Assembly (NCBI GenBank): GCA_964106915.2 | Contig: OZ066922.1 | Source of the DNA: Podarcis gaigeae | Taxonomy: Eukaryota | Length of the DNA stretch: 64,000 bases | Reading direction: 5' to 3' (one strand) | Shown here: piece by piece, positions 23,736 to 61,324 of the stretch | Numbering within the stretch: position 1 is the first letter of the stretch | Layout: every line of letters begins with the position of its first letter | Program-made: the position numbers and the translations under genes | Notes under the pieces: generated by a model | Told to the model about the DNA's origin: nothing | Database searches by the model: none | Seen by the model: only the letters and a program-made list of their open reading frames with translations

Positions 23736-25999
23736 ATGTGCTTTAAATGGATGAGCCTGGATTCAGTGTTCTCTGACTACCAGTGCAAAGGCTGTTGTGA
23801 AGCGTAAGGGCAAAAATAAAGGCTATGCAATATGAAAAACAGCACTGCAGTTGTGCTGGTGGAAGCTTGTTGCACAACCGTTTGTGCAACAAGAAGTATC
23901 AGGACTACAGCAATCTGAAGGGCAACTAGCCATGAGAACGATGCTGGCTTCCTGTGCTTTCTCTTGAACAAGGCATTCCTCCAGGACAACGAATATACTA
24001 CTACATGACTTTAAATGAGTGTGACATTAAATTCCTCCTATGTTGTTTTAAAAGTGCTTTAAATGTATGGTGTGTGCACAGATATATCAGGTCCTTTGAG
24101 AGATTTCAAGCACATGCTTAGCTTCTTACACTTCTCATTTCCCCTGCAGATGTTATTTAGAAATGTGGCCCAGGATCAACCCATCACTTGTGCTACACCA
24201 TTTTATTCCTGGGTTGTCTTCTCAGTAAGCATTTTTGAATTGCAGCGTTACTATTCAGGATTTTTTCAATCTTCTCTAATATAGCATAATTTGCTTTCTT
24301 ACGCTGTCTGTTCGTTGTCAATTCAAATCAAAGATAGGGTAAATATTTTATGAGATACAGAGAAAGGCCCACCTCCAATGGATGAGTTTGGCATGAAATT
24401 AAATGATTTTCACATTCTTTCTACTCTTACCATTTTCTGTGGTTTTCTTAATATAGTTTTGAATATTGACAAGAGTGTTGTTGTGATTGTTTCTTTTAAA
24501 AGTATATAGCCTTTTCCTCCATCTAAAATAGTTTAGCCCAATTTGTCAATTCTCATCAGATTCTCAGCGGGAAGCTTCGTTGCATAAATTGATTCTATTC
24601 CGGCTATTTTTAGTTTATTGTGTAGAGAAGTGATCACATTTTTTTACCATCTATTTTGCATCTTGAAAAATCCCCTCCCCCCAGGGCAACCTTCTTGTGA
24701 AAAATCTTTTAATTAAACTGTATTGTTCATCATCTGCCCCCTTTTTGTATTACTCTTTAAAATAAACTGGAGAGCGTAGATCAGTGTTTTACATAGATTT
24801 AATGCTGGAGAAGGTATGATGTGGTATGATATGATTCAATGAATAAAGCAATACAATGGGACCACAAGAAAAATGATGCAATATATAGCTTCTGGCTGAG
24901 ATGAGCACTTTGTGTTCCACTTGATAATCTCATTGGATTGCATTATAGTATTGCACAGAACAGTATAGGATTAGATTGCTTATTAGGATTATACTACAGT
25001 AATGGTGCAGAAAATGATGTCGATCCCATTGTAAACGGCAGTGTTTGAAAGCGCCAATACAGATTGCCATCATTTGTTTATAATAAAGTCTCTCCCAAGG
25101 CTTTTTCGGGGGCACAACCATGACATTGCAAATGCAATGGGCCAGTTCCAACAAAGACATGTTGGTTTCTTGATTGCCTGCATCCAAACTAATGGGCAAA
25201 AAATGTACATGGGTATAAAATAGGAATGGCATACTGAAGGGAATGGGGCAATGGTGGGTGTCACAACCAGAGCCACAAAGGAGCTAACAGCAATAGAAGG
25301 AGATTGCAGTTGGCAGCATGTTAGCAGATGGGTTACAAATAAAGCTGCAGAAGTGAAGCAAGAGTGAGGTCTTTATGGCTGCTTTAGCAGATTCTCATCC
25401 AGGCCTAGATTTTTGTGGGGGGGGGAGGGGTCTGAACTGGGCTGACACAGCTGAAGATAATCTCTGCCCCCCCTTGCTCCTTGTATCTCATTTCTTCAGT
25501 GTTAAACTGCAAGGAAACATACTATTGGGAGATACCTTGTAGATGCCTTGAATGGTCACTATGAATGAAGCTATGAATGAATCTCAGAATGAAAGCACTT
25601 TAAAATATTATGGGTATATATAATGCAATGTTTAAACCTCATGTGTTATTCATGTGTAACTGCTGTAGCAAATATCCACAGGGTTGATATGCATGGAAAG
25701 GATGGCAGCATTTATACCTGGAATCAGTCAGAACAGGGCTTTAGGCAGCTGATCATGCAGGGACTGAAAGACCTAGGATGGCAACCAGTATTAGATGGAG
25801 TACTGGGCCAGTATGGTAAATCTACAGGAAGTCAGGGGCAACTCAGAGGCTGAGCTGAAAAGCCTGCCTAGAAGGATGCTAGAACAAGGATAGGCCAGCT
25901 ACTTACATATCACCATAAAAAAGAAAATGCATCATCCTGCTTCAGGCACTGAAATTGCTCTGGTTGGTGACATTTGTCAAGAGAGAGATAAGTTCAACC

Positions 26000-26660
26000 T
26001 TGCTCAAAGTCCTTAATCTCTTAGTGACTTTTGCTACTATTTGGCATGCTATCGTTCTGGACCAGCTCCAGGAGGTGATCATTGGGCCACTGTATTACAG
26101 TGGCTCTGTTCCTGCTTTCAGGGTTGTTTTCATAAAGCAGTTATGGGGGGCTATTGCATCTTGTCTCTCATGCTATTGAACATCGATTTGAAGCTGCTGG
26201 AAGCTCTTGTCAAGAGATGTGGAGTGAGGTGTTATGCATCTGCAGGTGTCCCATTTTCTCTCTCCATTCCACCTCAATCAGGAGAGGCAGCTCAGATGCT
26301 AGAATGGTTCTTGGAAGCAGTGATGGACTGGATCCTGAGAAGACAGAAATGTTCTGTGTTCTCCAGTCCTGGAGGTGGGGAGGTGGCCTGTTCTGAACAG
26401 ACTTGCACTCCCCTGGAAGGTCTCTAGCCTGTGTTACTCCTGGATTCAACATTGTCACTGGAAGATCAGGTGGCCTCAGTGGCTAGGAGTGCCCATTCCC
26501 AGCTATGCAGTTGGTTTACCAACTACATATAGCTCCTTTTGGACAGATGTGATTTTGCCTCCATGCTCTGATACCTCTCAGATTGGATTGTTGTAACATG
26601 TTCTGTGTGGAGCTGCCCTGGAAGATGTCTCAGAAACTTCTTCAACTGGTCTAAAATGCA
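26000..26660 (+). mobile_element. Highly degenerate L2/CR1-like RT fragment
   Basis: Remnant peptides such as LEAVMDW, DPEKTE and GLDCCN across several frames. Confidence 0.4.
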
Positions 26661-28103
26661 TTTCTCGAATAGGACAAAGTGGGGTGTTTGGAAAGGAGCT
26701 TTGAGCTGCTTTTGCCTGTCTTCTGTTTTATGGCTGAATTGGAGGCCTGTGGGCAGAAAAGCAGGCAGAAATGGAATACTATTATAAATAAATCACATGG
26801 GCCAATTGTATTTGGTCTCATTCTGTTGACCTAGGGATGGAAGGACATGAAACAGGCAAGGTTTTAGCCAACTGCTGAAAAAAGAGTGTGCTAGGTTATC
26901 TGAAATTCTGAAGACACCTGTGTGTCAAAACATCTATTTTGAGCAATCTAAACCCATCACTTAACCACGGGAATCAGGAGATATGAAATGTCTTGGTGCC
27001 ACTCTTGGTGGCTTGCAGTTGAAGAAGTGTAAGCATAAGAAGCAGTCTGACAAATCATGGTACTGATTTAAAAGATCCTTTTCAATTTCTTCTCTCCTCA
27101 CTGAAGTGAGAGGGAAATGGTTGCAGTGGGATATAGTTCATGACCTTGCAAAACAAAACACGATTGTCCTCCTCATGTACTCTGCTTCCCAGCCTTTGCC
27201 AGTGATTCCACTTCAGACCTGTATTACCAAGCATATCACATCACACAGTTCTCATGTATCCTCTTGTGTGAGTTTAGTAGAAAAAATAATTATTACATTA
27301 TTGATTAAATGCTTTGTGATAAACACAAAGGCCATCAAGAAGGCATGAGAGCAAAGAGGAACATAAATTAATTTGAAAAGTAAATCCATATGGAAAGACG
27401 ATAAAGTTAAAATGTAGGCAATAATTACAGAAAAGTCATTTTGCTAACAAGGAAAATATACTTCAAAGGGGTTTGCAGCACAAGGTAATTATTTTCCTTC
27501 TAGAATCTGGAGAAGCAGTGAGTTGAAGGGAGATGAATCTATGTGTGTGTATCCTGTCATGTGTGTGGCATGCACTAACTGCTCAAATCTGGCCATGCAA
27601 TCCAACATGATTCAGTTCGTGAGAAAGTGTTGTGCATGAACAGGGAAAGTGAATGCACATCCAAAGAGAACCATCCCATGTAATTCCAATTCAACTGCAG
27701 GATGGAGACGTAAAAGCCCTATCTCATTCATACCCTGAAGTGTAAGTGGGGATTGCATATAATGCCTCACTGATTAAGCTGGTTGTGCATAATACTTCCG
27801 TGTATGAACTCAGTTCTTAAAATCCAGCAAGAACACCATACACTGTTTCAGCCTGTGAATGTCCCCTGATAGATCAGGGCCAAGGATTATTTCTCCAGTT
27901 CATACCACTTTAAACAGTCATGGCTTCTTCCAAAGACTCCTCATATTGGCAGCTTGCTACATGAACTCATTTCCATATGGCAACATTATAAGCTGCTGTT
28001 GCTGTCTGCATGCATGAAATGAGCTAAACACTGTATCTCTGTAATAAAAAAACCCTTTGAAATGTCCCATATGTAATTTTTTTTAAAAAATTATGTTTAA
28101 TTA

Positions 28104-28882
28104 TTGTTGTTTAGTCGTTTAGTCATGTCCTACTCTTCGTGACCCCATGGACCAGAGCACGCCAGGCACTTCTGTCTTCCACTGCCTCCCGCAGTTTGGT
28201 CAAACTCATGCTGGTAGCTTTGAGAACACTATCCAACCATCTCATCCTCTGTCATCCCCTTCTCCCAACATCAGAGACTTTTCCAGGGAGTCTTCTCTTC
28301 TTATGAGGTGGCCAAAGTATTGGAGCCTCAGCTTCACGATCTGACCTTCAAGTGAGCACTCAGGGCTGATTTCCTTAAGAATGGATAGGTTTGATCTTCT
28401 TGCAGTCCATGGGACTCTCAAGAGTTTCCTCCAGCACCATAATTCAAAAGCATCAATTCTTCGGTGATCAGCCTTCTTTATGGTGCAGCTCTCACTTCCA
28501 TACATCACTACTGGGAAAACCATAGCTTTTGCTATATGGACCTTCGTTGGCAAGGTGATGTCTCTACTTTTTAAGATGCTGTCTAGGTTTGTCATTGCTT
28601 TTCTCCAAGAAGCAGGCGTCTTTTAATTTCATGGCTGCTGTCACCATCTGCGGTGATCATGGATCCCAAGAAAGTAAAGTCTCTCACTGCCTCCATTTCT
28701 TCCCCTTCTATTTGCCAGGAGGTGATGAGCCCAGTGGCCATGATCTTCGTTTTTTTGATGTTGAGCTTCAGACCATATTTTGTGCTCTCCTCTTTCACCC
28801 TCATTAACAGGTTCTTTAATTCTTCCTCACTTTCTGCCATCAAGGTTGTGTCATCTGCATATCTGAGGTTGTTGATATTTCT
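28104..28882 (-). mobile_element. RTE-BovB LINE 3' fragment
   Basis: NINNLRYADDTTLMAESEEELK..GLKLNIKKTKIMATG and AMVFPVVMYGSESCTIKKA..IDAFELWCWR; terminus CCATGGGGTCACGAAGAGT..ACTAAACAAC. Confidence 0.92.
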
Positions 28883-30062
28883 TATTATCATTAAGATTAT
28901 TATCATTATTAATTATTAGAGTACTTCTATCTTATCCTCTTAGTGCAAACCACTTAGAGGTCTAACTAATCAAGCGGTATATAAATTTTGTTTAATAAAT
29001 AAATAAATAAACTCCTCAAGCACATTTTCCCTCCCCCCCCCACATGGCATCCCCCCCATGGCATTTGGGGCCTGATGAATCTTCAATAATTGCAAACAAG
29101 CAAAGTCAAATTCTCATTCTGTTTGCCCAAGTACACTGTCAATAGGAAATACATGGTTCTGTTTGTGAAATAAACAACTCAAATGCAATTCCATGCTAAG
29201 CAAGACTGAATCAGTGTCAGTTGACAAAGCTTTGTAACTTGATTCTCCTCCAGGGGCCTCAAACAACTGTAATCTTAATTAAGACACTGTACCCTGAATG
29301 TTCAGATACACAAACCCCATTTCTTTGCTCTTCACTATGACAGTCTTGGCTGGATAAATTTCATCTCCGTTGTGAGATAGCTATTTCTTTATTTGGTTGG
29401 CTGAAATTACAGACCTCAAGAAGACAGTGCAAGTCAAAGCTTTCTTCCAAGCAGTGTCTCACTTGCTCTCGTTACCAAACTTAGGTGTGGAGATTTGATG
29501 TGAGGAAAACAATGTGGGCTGTTTGCTTTATGGCGATTTTAATTGCTAGGATCTTACCGCAGAAAGATATTTTTGTGGATTTGGGGGGAAGATAGGGCTC
29601 TTGCATTCCAGATTATATGGTTGGAAGCAACACTAAATAGGGACATTAAAACTGTATGGTAAGCTTTGAGATTATAGGTTGTAATCCATGACAGATGGCT
29701 AGGGCCAAGCACTGGATTTGGCTGAACCCCAAAGCCTAAACTGAACTGGGTGATGAGAAGGGATCTGGGCTTTTCCTGAGTCGTGGAAAAAGCCCTGGAT
29801 TTCTCTAGGTTGGGCTGGGTATCCCGAGCGATCCAGGACTGTCAGTGGGAAGGAAAGGAAGATAGTTCAACCCGTTGCAGACCAGGGACACAGGGTTTTT
29901 CCTATGATCAACTTCAAGGAAGGGGAGCAAATTAGAAAATGCCCATCCACCCACATCACCACAACAGAACACTGCATGTGGCCCATAAAGCCCTCCTGAG
30001 TGGGTCTCAAGCCTTTGTCCCAGGAAGACTGCAATTGCTATCTGCAGGTATACTTGGCTGCT

Positions 30063-30119
30063 GTGTTGTACATCTTCTACTTGCAAGTGTTGTGCATCTT
30101 CTACTTGCAAGTGTTGTGC
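30063..30119. repeat. 24-bp tandem duplication (~2.4 copies)
   Basis: GTGTTGTRCATCTTCTACTTGCAA repeated. Confidence 0.85.
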
Positions 30120-31253
30120 TTAGGCTGCGAGGAGTCTAAGGGGATTCAAAGCCCTTACCTGAGAGATGCCTGTCAGCTGCAGGGCAGGATGTTGCCATCT
30201 TGCTTTTTATGTGTATGGTGACAGAGGGTTTTGTGCGGGGGGGGGGTATCTCTATCACTGTGAGTTCCCTGGCTACCTCTGGTAGCCTCTGAATAACCTG
30301 TAGGAGTCATCTCTGACATAGTATGTGATTGGTGGGCACAGGTAGCATTTCCACAGATGCTGTATCTGAATTTTTTATACTATTTTTGTATGTTCTGGTT
30401 CCGTACTTGATCCTTCCCTTCCTAGGCTGAGCATCTAATAGAAACAGCAGCATTCTACTAGTGTAGTAGCTGCAAGTCTCCATCCCCAGTGTAATGAGTA
30501 TGTAGGACTGCACTGTAAGTGAACTTATAGATAGGACTGCACTCTTTAGCCCTGGGTTTCTTCAAAGTCCGTTGCACTGAGCCAGTCTCCATCCACTATG
30601 TTTGGCAGCATTCTTGGCTCATGCTGAAACACATGGTGCAATTTTAAATAAATGATCTGATTTTGCAAAACTAGTAATTCTCTGATCTTTATTTTTCCAC
30701 ATAGACAAGATCAGCTTAAGATATACTTGGCCCACTTACAAAGTCTACATGATTTGAATTACAACATCAGCTTGTTCTTCCACAGTGCCATTTAATTTTA
30801 TACAAGAACAAGATGGGTCTTGGCTTTGAGAGTCATAAGGAGAACTTTTAAATACTACATATACTAGAATATTGATCTTACTGGTAATCAGCGTGCACAT
30901 CGGTTTCATTATCAGAAACACTTTGACTCTTGGTTATGTTCATAGGGAGTGTTGTCCAGCTTCAATAATGTAGTATGCGTTGTCCTTCGTATATTCCTAA
31001 AGCAGGATGTACGCTGTACATTTATATACAACAGTTGGTTCAAGCACAGACATTGCGGTGTCATGCTTTTATTCAAAACTAGGATGCCCCTTTCTCTCCC
31101 CACCCCCACCCCAATTACAGTCACATAGGGCATCTAATATGCAATATATTGCTTTGCAAATGCAAAATAATTGTTGCAGACCGGCCTTCATGATGGAATG
31201 GAATGGCATATATTGCACACACTTCTTTATTCCTCCAAAAATAAAAAGGTCTA

Positions 31254-55864
<24,611 letters not shown>

Positions 55865-56384
55865 TGTGGGGACTTTTAAGTCCAGAACAAAAGTTGACCT
55901 GTGATAAACAAGAGGGGGGAAAGTCATATATTAATGAAGTTGAATGTGAAAAATAGGGGGGGGGGGACTTCCTACCAAGGAAGTAAACAGCTAATAATCA
56001 TTGTAAACAATAATCATTCCAACGACAAGCTACTGTATAAAGGCTGCAATGCTATTACTGCTTACCTTGGAGTAAGTTCCATTGAACTCAGGGGTTTTGT
56101 TTCTGAATACCTAAGTATAGGATTGCACTGATAATTTATGTGGATTTCTCATTAATTAGAAATGCTTGTATGAATAATTTAGATAGATTTACTGGCTACA
56201 ATCTAGAATAGTGTTGGGCATGCTTAAACCCAGTAAACTCACTCTGTCTTGAATCAAGACCATTGTGTTCAAATGGAACATGCATTCATTATGAAAATTA
56301 TTTGAGGGGGAAAGGTAAGTAAGAGTAGACAGAAATGACAAAGCTATGTGAATTATGCATAGTGTGGAGAAAATAGGTAGGGAT

Positions 56385-56780
56385 ATCTTTTTCTCCCTTT
56401 TGTATATTACTAGAACCAGAAGTCATCCAATGAAGCTGAATGTTGAAAGATCCAGGAAAAGACAAAAGGATGTACAGTACTTCTTCACAGCATGTCTATT
56501 TAAACTATGAAATTTGTTGCCATAACATGTAGTGATGACAGTCAACTTGGATTCAGACAAATTCATGGAGGATAAAGCTGTCGGTGTCAATAAGGCTACT
56601 AATGATGGCTACTACCTCCAGCATCACAGGCAGTAGCTGGGGATCTTGATGGGCAGAGTGCTATTTCACTCATGTCCTACTTCTGGGGGCCTATAGAGAT
56701 ATCATTGGCCTCTATGTGAACAAAATGCTGAACTAGATAGGCCTTTGGCCTGACTGAGCAAGATTATTCTTAGGTTCCTA
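56385..56780 (+). mobile_element. Degenerate CR1 LINE 3' fragment
   Basis: ACTAGAACCAGAAGTCATCCAATGAAGCTG..TTAGACAAATTCATGGAG-like..GAACTAGATAGGCCTTTGGCCTGA. Confidence 0.6.
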
Positions 56781-58349
56781 AATGAGCAGCTGCCTAATAG
56801 TTGGTAATTTATACTACAGACCTTGTGCTGATATGTTTGCAGAACAAACTTACGGTACATCTTCCAGAGGAAGCTACCTAAATGGAAATCCACCTAGATA
56901 AGCTTCCCCAAAACTAAAACTTACAATATGTATGCTGGCATACACATGTTTATAACATTTCAACAAAAAAAAAAACCTTGCAATTATTGAGCAAAGACAA
57001 GGCATACAGACCCAGGCCTTGTCCATCCAACCCTTATTTTCACTACCAGTTCCATTAAAATCAGTGGGAAGTTTTAGTAATGAGTGCTAATTAAAACATC
57101 CCACTGAACCATGTGTCTTTGCTAACAATGAATCACCTCTCTTGTCATTAGTCTTGCATTTACTGCCCCATTCACAAAGTGAAACAAATTGCATGTGCTG
57201 CTTGCACCACAGAGAACATTTACTATCACACTATATTTGCACAGCACCTTTCTTATTGAATATTTCATATTGGCATAAAGAATAACAAACACATTTCCAA
57301 GAGGGCTAAGTGTTCATGTTCAGTACCAAATACTGCTTGCCTGCTCCTAGCTGCACTGACTGAAGGAGGGGGAAAATCTCTGCATTTTATGATCTCCGCA
57401 CTATATGGCGGGGGGGGGGGGATTGTCCGGGCTTCACTCTCTAGAGCAAGTGCCTGAATCTTATAACGGTGGCTGAATTTTTCTACATCTCCATTCATCA
57501 TTTTCTAGATGCAGCCACATTTTCCCCCCTTAAAAGCAGAAATATATTTATATCCCTTCAGTCACAGCAACAGAAGACATTCTTGTCTTCCTTCCAAGAG
57601 CAACAGAAGAAGCATCTCCTTATGCCCAGAGCAACAGCAGCCGGGGCTCCCAGCCAAATTGTAAGACATGGGACTTTCCATTCCCACAGCCAAGCTATGA
57701 TCACAATGGCAGTTCTTCCCTGCCGCAGCACTGGGGGAAGCGGTGGTGGTGCTTCCTCTGTCCCTCCAGTACCACAGTACCAGGTCTTCCAGCAACCCTT
57801 CCCCACGCTCCCTACCAAGGGACTTTTGTGACCTCTTTCCCCACTGTATTCTAAAGGTCAGCAGAAAGCACGGGAGCACTAAGAATTGCAAGCGGCCAAA
57901 GTCCAGTGAAGAGGGAAAAGGCACACAGCACATTTTTCACCAGAAGATGAGTCTTGAAAGCCAATTTGAAACCAGCCGGTGTTTTTCTTTGTCGTCTTCT
58001 AACAGTTGCCTATGCAACCTTGGCAACAGGTGTTCACACAAACCTCCAGCCTTGCAGGACCTTGCTTGCCCTCCCCACTCCCACATTTGAGCGACAAGGC
58101 CTCTGTGCACCATGGATCTCTGGCCAAAGCCAAAGCCACTTTCTTGCCTGCTTCACACACAAATCAAGATAGCGGTGCCTGGAGACCTCCCTAGATTTTA
58201 CCCGCTGCCACCGCCTCCAATTTCCAGGCAAAAGCAAAATATTCCCTCTTGGACCAACTGGAGTTTCCCGCCTCTACAGTCGAGGGCAGACTCCCTGGCT
58301 GGCTCCTTTCTCAATCAGCACAGCGCCAAGGAGGCCCCCAGATACCTCC

Positions 58350-59200
58350 CCAACCTCGGGAAGGGCCGGCCATGCAGAATGAGCCACTAAGGCGCAACAG
58401 CAACACCCCGCCAGGAGCTGCAAAGGTGCTGGCCGAGGTACTGAAAGAAGGAAGCAAGGCAGGAGCTGCTGCAGAGGAAGAGGGCGGCTTGGAGATGGCC
58501 ACCTCTGCAGGGGGACGCAGCCAGGCAGGGCTCGACGCGCACGGAGCGCACAGAGCGCCCGTTGCCTTGGCACGGCCAATCGCCCGGCCTCTTCCCGCGG
58601 TCACCCGAAGCCTTGCCATTCCTCCAATTGGGCGCGGATGGAGAAACCCCTCCGAAGCCCAGCGACGCGGCCCTTTCCCCCAACGTCCAGGACTTACCAC
58701 AAGCCAGGGAAGAGAGAGAGAAAGAGAAAGAGAAAGAGAGAGAGACGGCCGGGATGCCACCGGCGCCCCGTCCACCCGCTGGATTACAGCCGGAGATGGC
58801 TGAGCAGCCTGCAGCGCGCCATCGCTCAGCCGAGGTCCTGCAGCCGGCTCGAGGGGGAAGCGATTGCTCGGCGGCCGCCGCGACGCTACCAAAATGAACC
58901 CTGCATCAGAAAAGCGTCCATCTTGCTACTGAGCATGTGCACACTGCCCGAGGAAAGGCGGCCAGGGAGCATGTGCGGCCCCTTTGCACATGGGCAGTGG
59001 GGACGTGAAGCCTCGGAGAAGCTGCTGCCCTTGCTCGGCTCTGCCCTCAATCTCAGTCACCGCCTCGTCGGCTTGCAGTGCGCGGGAATGCGAGGGTTGT
59101 GGCAACGCGAAAGGGCTCTGCAAGCGCGCGTTCGCCCAGCCTTCTCCCCCCCTTTCTCCTGGAGCATCGGGGCTGCGGTGTTGGAATAATGGTAACAGAA
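58350..59200 (-). promoter_or_regulatory. GLRB CpG-island promoter with probable non-coding exon 1 (donor GTG|gtaagt, last exonic base 58698)
   Basis: CpG-rich block ~2.8 kb upstream of the first coding exon; strong minus-strand donor; TSS not determinable from sequence. Confidence 0.7.
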
Positions 59201-60069
59201 GGGTTCGACAGGGAGAATTTAATCTCAATCTAATCGTAGTCATCTGGCGTTGGAGCACAGGCACCCTTTGCTGACCAACACGAAGGTGGCAGTCTGGCAG
59301 AGGGCATGTTCCAAAAGCAAGCAGAGCCCGACCTGCTTGTCCCTTGGACTGGCGCTCTTCTTTTAATTGACAAGGCTGCTTTTTTGTTTTTTACTGTAGC
59401 AACACGTGGGGACAAAATATGATTCTGCAGTATGGTGGCGTTTCCCCCATCCAAACAAGCAATGCCAAGAAGGTAGCTTTACTGGTGTGCAGCAGAGGAT
59501 TAAATAAAATGGCCATATGATCCTTCCCAATCCTATGATTCTGTGGGAAATCATAATAAAATGTTCCAGGTCAGATTCAGCTTTCCAATGCAAGGAGAAC
59601 TTAGGAAGAATGAACTGGATCTCACCACACTTGCCCACTTGATCTTAGCCAAAAGGCTGAGAAGCTATGTCTCACCACACATGCCAGTCAAGACTTTAAA
59701 AAATAAGAGCTAATGAACATCATATTTTAGGAGAGGTTCGAAATTAGAAAGAAGTAACAAAATAGGATGAGTGATGTTGCTTCCAGATAACTTGTTTATT
59801 GAGGATGTGTTCTGATTTGTTTGAGATTTATTCGTGATTAGATGGCATTGGCTGTTTATTGAGCATTCATTATATTCATTTGCAGAAAAGTTCAACAATG
59901 TTGCATCAAATAAATGTGGTTCCTCACCTTCCAATGCATTTTTCATATTGAAAAAGTAACTTTTACCCATTTTCTTCTTGAGAACTGGGTTGTTATGCCA
60001 GAGCTCCAAAGGAGCTTTAACTGTGCAACCTAAATTTGCTGGTGTCTATTTGAATCCCACCTAAAAATG

Positions 60070-60720
60070 GCATAAGAAACAATAGGAGCCTGTTGGATCA
60101 GGCCAATTGCCCATCTAGTCCAGCATCCTATTCTCACAGCAACCAGCCAGATGCCTCAAGCAAGACCCGAGCAGAAGAGCATTCTCCCCACTTGTGAGTT
60201 CCAGGAGCATGTTTTCAGAAGCATTGCAGTCTCTAACAATGGAGGCAGAACATAGTCATCACAGCTAATATCTGTTGATAGCTTTATCATCCATGAATTT
60301 GGCTAATCCAAGACTATGGCCATCACTTCCTCCTCTGTATAACTATGTGCTCTGTGAAAAAGTACAGTGGTACCTTCGGTTACATACGCTTCAGGTTACA
60401 TACACTTCAGGTTACAAACTCCACTAACCCAGAAATAGTACCTCGGGTTAAGAACTTTGCTTCAGGATGAGAACAGAAATCATGCTCTGGCGGCGCGGCA
60501 GCAGCAAGAGGACCCATTAGCTAAAGTGGTACCTCAGGTTAAGAACACTTTCAGGTTAAGAACGGACCTCCAGAACGAATTAAGTACCTAACCTGAGGTA
60601 CCACTGTACTTCCTTTTATCTCTCCTTAAGCTTCCACATTCAGCTTCACTGGATTTCCCTTCATTCTAGTGCTATGAGAAAGGAAGGACAACTTCCCTCT
60701 CCACTTTATTCATGTGACAA
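60070..60720 (-). mobile_element. Degenerate CR1 3' fragment interrupted by a MITE
   Basis: CATAAGAA..GGATCAGGCCAA..CATCTAGTCCAGCAT CR1-type terminus; reverse similarity to 56385-56780. Confidence 0.6.
60365..60606. mobile_element. Tc1/mariner-type MITE
   Basis: TA TSD, TIR CAGTGGTACCT..AGGTACCACTG, internal CAGGTTAAGAAC subrepeats. Confidence 0.85.
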
Positions 60721-61324
60721 TTCGGAAGTATCCCAAGCCCATTGCACATCCTCCTCGCTGCCTTTCTAAAGTAACACTGAATGTAGGATTCTGAGATCAT
60801 CATTTTACCAAGGTGTACTCACAAGCTCCAGAAGTTATTTGAAGCTCATGGATTTGCAACGGAGGGGAGAGGGGACTCCTTAAATAAGTCACATTTCCCA
60901 TTGTCGCAGCCAAAGCAAGGAACGTGGAAGTGAATGACTCACTCACTCATGTACTTCTTTTCAACATGCAAAGGGACTCGGCATTGATTTTGCCACATTG
61001 TTTCCCACAGCAATTATATAACATTTTCAAAGCACTAAAAAGGGTGTCCTTGCAAATCTTACAAAACTGTGTCAAGGCCTTACTGTTCAGAGAAACATAA
61101 CTTGAAATATAGTTAACTTGTTTGCCAACAGAGATCTCATTTTGGATAGTTTAGCTGGCTGGAAGTTGAAGACTTCAGCTATGTTCAACCTGCATATAAA
61201 GAAAGGCAAATAGATGATCGATGAAAGATGACATATAGATAGATGACGGATAGATATCAGGAGCTGTCTACTCCTTTGACCTTCCATGACACCTGACCAA
61301 ATCCACCTCCCTTTATACCTTACC

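Noticed and set aside
29805-30110. ORF with a repeated QVEDAQHL peptide
   Set aside because: Explained by a 24-bp local tandem duplication
58249-59189. Overlapping 180-190 aa ORFs on both strands
   Set aside because: CpG-island artefacts with low-complexity translations
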